Shown here: positions 61,149 through 64,000 of the stretch, piece by piece
Position numbering within the stretch: the stretch's first letter is position 1
How the letters are laid out: each line of letters begins with the position of its first letter
Assembly (NCBI GenBank): GCA_965226585.1
Contig: OZ245366.1
Coordinates: forward strand, 384,001-448,000
Length of the DNA: 64,000 nucleotides
Direction: 5' to 3'
Origin: Thermodesulfobacteriota bacterium
GTDB lineage: Bacteria; Desulfobacterota_D; UBA1144; Nemesobacterales; Mycalebacteriaceae
The notes under the pieces: model-generated
The model's input: the letters and a program-made list of their open reading frames with translations, nothing else
What the model was told of the DNA's origin: nothing
The model's database searches: none
Program-made: the position numbers and the translations under genes

Positions 61149-63497
61149 CTAAAAACTGTAGTTAACCCCGCCTCTGAACTCTTGCACAAAAGTATCAAAA
61201 CTCGTGCTCATTCCGCCGTCATAGTCAATCCTTACGCTCAATTCACGCAAAGGAGCATAAGGCGTGTATTCAAAACCCGCGCCGTAGTTGAACATTATCC
61301 GGTCCTGCCCGCCGCTTCGGGGAACGCTACCGTCAGCAAGGGTCGCCTCAAGTTCCGCCTCAGGGTTCAAGATGTGTATATCCGCACCTGCGCGAATTCT
61401 CATATTTACCGTCTCACTCAAAGGTGAACGCGCCTCAAATGACGGACTTACATATACCAATATCTCGCTTGTGTCTTTTACCTTGAAAGCGTCATCTCTT
61501 GCATCTTCCGAGTCTGTTAAGGAAGTCTCATCAAACGCGCCCGCTGTTACATAAGACGCTCCAATCTCTATGCGGGGAAATAATGCAAAACTCCCCGACA
61601 AAAACGGCATTGCCACGCCAAGCGCGCCGCCGAATACTGTCGCGTTTGTATCCGCAGAGTAACGGTTATCTCCCGCAGTGCGGGTTGATTCCCAACTCGT
61701 AGAAACATACTGAAACCTGCCATCAACCATATATCTGTCAACTATTGTGGAGGCAAAGATACCGCCCATAAATCTTGTTGCCTCTCCGCTTGCGTCTGCT
61801 CTGCCTTCATCGGTCAGCACATCCATATCAAGGTTTGAGATTTCATAACCGCCTGCCACCGAAACAAGAATGCTGTTGAACGGCGCAGAAACGCCGCCGG
61901 TGAAGTTATAGACATCTTCGTCATAGTTAATCGCTGAAGAATAACGTGTGTACCTTCCACCCGATGTTGCCCACACGCAACCAGTCCAGAAATCTCCGCC
62001 CACCTCATCACTTGCCGCAGAGCCGTAACCGCAACCGCTTGAAAGTTTTGTGGCAAAACTCCTGTCTGCGCGGTAAGCGGATTGGATGAGAGAATCATAA
62101 ATATCTAAACTGGCGTCTTTCAGCGACATTGCCGTCAGGAAAAGGTTGCCGTCTCCATCAGTCTGAACTCTTCCCCTTTCGCCTATTTCCGCGTTTAGAC
62201 GCTCCACAACTTCCTGCCTTTCCTCGCCGTCCGGCAGGTCATCCGCTTCAAAAATTGTGTATTCGTTTATGTGCGTTCCGGGGATATCAACCCTGACATT
62301 AAAGCCTTCAATATCTTCCGCGCTTATCGTACCTTCAAGGTTTATCAGCGGGTCGCCCGTCATGCTTTCAGGGTCTGCCGTGATAACAAGGGTTGAGTTC
62401 ACGCCGAAGGTTATTTTGTCCAAGCCGTTAAATCCGCCCGTGCCTTCAATCACGATTGTGCCTTCGTTTATGAAATGGTCGTTGCCTTCACCGAAGTTTA
62501 TGGTTGCGGTTGTGTCCTCAGGGGCGGGGGCTGATGCGGAGAGGCGGAAACGGCTGTCGCCGCTTGCTGCCCCCTCCGTCATTTCCGCCCCTTCCGTCAT
62601 TCCTGCGGAAGCAGGAATCCAGTATTGATTAGCCAGTTGAATACTGGATTCCGTGTCAGGCACGGAATGACGGGAAGGCGAAGATTGCGCTCCCGATGAG
62701 AGAGGGAAACTCCCGGTTCCGCCTGAAGACGGCTCGTTTTCCGCATTCTCAAGCATGAAAGCGCCAACAAGGAATGTTCCCGTGCCTTCGGTCGCAACGG
62801 TGTCATCGCCTGCGCCCATATCAAGGTCGCCCGTAAGCGTGAATGTCCCGCCGTCTTTAACGGTAATTGAGTCATTACCGGCTCCGGTTGTTCCCCAGCC
62901 CGTGAAAGTTCCCTCGTTTATAAAAGTGTCGGCGTTGTCGGAAAGTTGTATTCTGCCCGTTATGCTGCCGGTAGGGTCGGTTGTTATCCTTGAGCCATGG
63001 GTCGGGGAATCAACACTCACGGCATAGCCAACCTCCGTGCAGACAGAACCCGAAAGTTCACCGCCGCACACAACCGCGCCTCCTCCTACCGTCAATTCCA
63101 TTAATGCCGTTCCGTTTCTGAGAGATACCGCCGAACTTGTGCCGCCGTTAGCCCACACTTTTGCGCCGTGAATGTTTGCCGCTGTTGTCGCCTTCACTGT
63201 TGAACTTCCCGAAGCGTTAGACCAGACCTGCCCCGTTCCGTCTCCTGATATGACCGTAATCCCTCCGCCGGCTTTCGCTGAAATTGCCGAACTTCCAGAA
63301 GCGTTAGACCAGACTTTTCCGTCATTTGAAACGGTAACCGTTTCCGCCACTATTGCGTTACTTCTTTCGCCTTCCGCCCACACTTCAGTGCCACTAACTG
63401 CAACATTTGTTCCTGAAATGGCGGCAGCATAAGCGGGCGGCGCGGAAAGCGTGATTAAGAGAAAAAGCAGAATAAGAGGGGTTGCGGTTTTAGACAT
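61149..63497 (-). CDS. Autotransporter-like outer membrane protein (782 aa)
   Basis: Signal peptide, VWxNxxGxS passenger repeats, C-terminal barrel ending GVNYSF; paralog of 57892-61119. Confidence 0.8.
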   Translation of the reverse strand: MSKTATPLILLFLLITLSAPPAYAAAISGTNVAVSGTEVWAEGERSNAIVAETVTVSNDGKVWSNASGSSAISAKAGGGITVISGDGTGQVWSNASGSSTVKATTAANIHGAKVWANGGTSSAVSLRNGTALMELTVGGGAVVCGGELSGSVCTEVGYAVSVDSPTHGSRITTDPTGSITGRIQLSDNADTFINEGTFTGWGTTGAGNDSITVKDGGTFTLTGDLDMGAGDDTVATEGTGTFLVGAFMLENAENEPSSGGTGSFPLSSGAQSSPSRHSVPDTESSIQLANQYWIPASAGMTEGAEMTEGAASGDSRFRLSASAPAPEDTTATINFGEGNDHFINEGTIVIEGTGGFNGLDKITFGVNSTLVITADPESMTGDPLINLEGTISAEDIEGFNVRVDIPGTHINEYTIFEADDLPDGEERQEVVERLNAEIGERGRVQTDGDGNLFLTAMSLKDASLDIYDSLIQSAYRADRSFATKLSSGCGYGSAASDEVGGDFWTGCVWATSGGRYTRYSSAINYDEDVYNFTGGVSAPFNSILVSVAGGYEISNLDMDVLTDEGRADASGEATRFMGGIFASTIVDRYMVDGRFQYVSTSWESTRTAGDNRYSADTNATVFGGALGVAMPFLSGSFALFPRIEIGASYVTAGAFDETSLTDSEDARDDAFKVKDTSEILVYVSPSFEARSPLSETVNMRIRAGADIHILNPEAELEATLADGSVPRSGGQDRIMFNYGAGFEYTPYAPLRELSVRIDYDGGMSTSFDTFVQEFRGGVNYSF
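62596..62671 (+). repeat. 76-bp palindromic element inside autotransporter 2, in frame
   Basis: Element plus flanks encode RHSVPDTESSIQLANQYWIPASAGMT. Confidence 0.95.
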
Positions 63498-63574
63498 TTT
63501 AGGTGCTCCAACCTTATTAAGTATTTAGTCTATGGACAAAAATGGGGTTAGGTCAAGATTCCTGCCGCCTTTCC

Positions 63575-63740
63575 GTTATTCCGTGCCTGACACGGAATCC
63601 AGTATTCAACCGGTTAATTAATACTGGATTCCTGCTTCCGCAGGAATGACGCTTCTCCACTCCCGTCATTCCGTGCTTGACACGGAATCCAGTATTCAAC
63701 TGGCTAATTAATACTGGATTCCTGCTTTCGCAGGAATGAC
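63575..63740 (-). repeat. Two 76-bp palindromic elements in inverted orientation
   Basis: Units 63575-63650 and 63665-63740, followed by three GGAATGACGG half-sites to about 63805. Confidence 0.95.
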
Positions 63741-63815
63741 GGGGAAAGAGGAATGACGGGGAGGGGCAACGGAATGACGGGGGAAGGGGCAACGGAATGA
63801 CGGGGAAGGGCAACG

Positions 63816-64000
63816 TCAATCCGTTACCGCTCCCTCGGAAGCCGAAGACACAAGTTTCGCGTATTTCGCCAGTGCGCCCGTTTTCTCCCTCGGCGCGGGA
63901 GTCTTCCATGCCGCCGCCCTGCGTTTCATCTCCGCAGAAGAAACCGCAACGTTTATCTCCCGCTTCTTTGCGTCTATCGTTATCTTATCGCCGTTCTTTA
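63816..64000 (-). CDS. ilvD: Dihydroxy-acid dehydratase, C-terminal fragment (window edge)
   Basis: Manual translation [16 protein letters not shown]...[20 protein letters not shown]. Confidence 0.9.
   Translation of the reverse strand, partial: KNGDKITIDAKKREINVAVSSAEMKRRAAAWKTPAPREKTGALAKYAKLVSSASEGAVTD

Overview
Gene-dense bacterial chromosome segment of mostly housekeeping and cofactor genes. It carries a partial aerobic cobalamin cluster (cobB/cbiA, cobD, cobQ, cobW, cobN), tRNA-Leu(CAG), groES-groEL, argH, murA-hisG, ftsY-ribD-nadD-rsfS, yggS-proC-yggT, npdG, prs-rplY-pth-hppA, rpsF-rpsR-rplI-thi4, bioB-bioA-bioF, coaBC, two tandem autotransporters and the 3' end of ilvD. The protein sequences look like a diderm, possibly Dadabacteria-like and host-associated; this is inference only. 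Several solitary AT-rich nuclease-like genes are wedged between core genes with no integrase or transposase visible. Highlights: (1) a DUF3800 (RNase H-like) gene with a convergent structured small RNA that appears to have its own promoter, inside a duplicated cassette at 32.9-34.5 kb; (2) ten full copies of a 76-bp CGTC-type palindromic element in the last 8 kb, comprising a 5-copy array, inverted clusters bracketing the autotransporters, and in-frame insertions inside both autotransporters; (3) a Cys-type Thi4 appended to a ribosomal protein operon; (4) probable ATA and ATC/ATT start codons and several probable leaderless genes; (5) a 90-bp tandem duplication in yggT. All calls come from motif recognition by eye; no searches were run.
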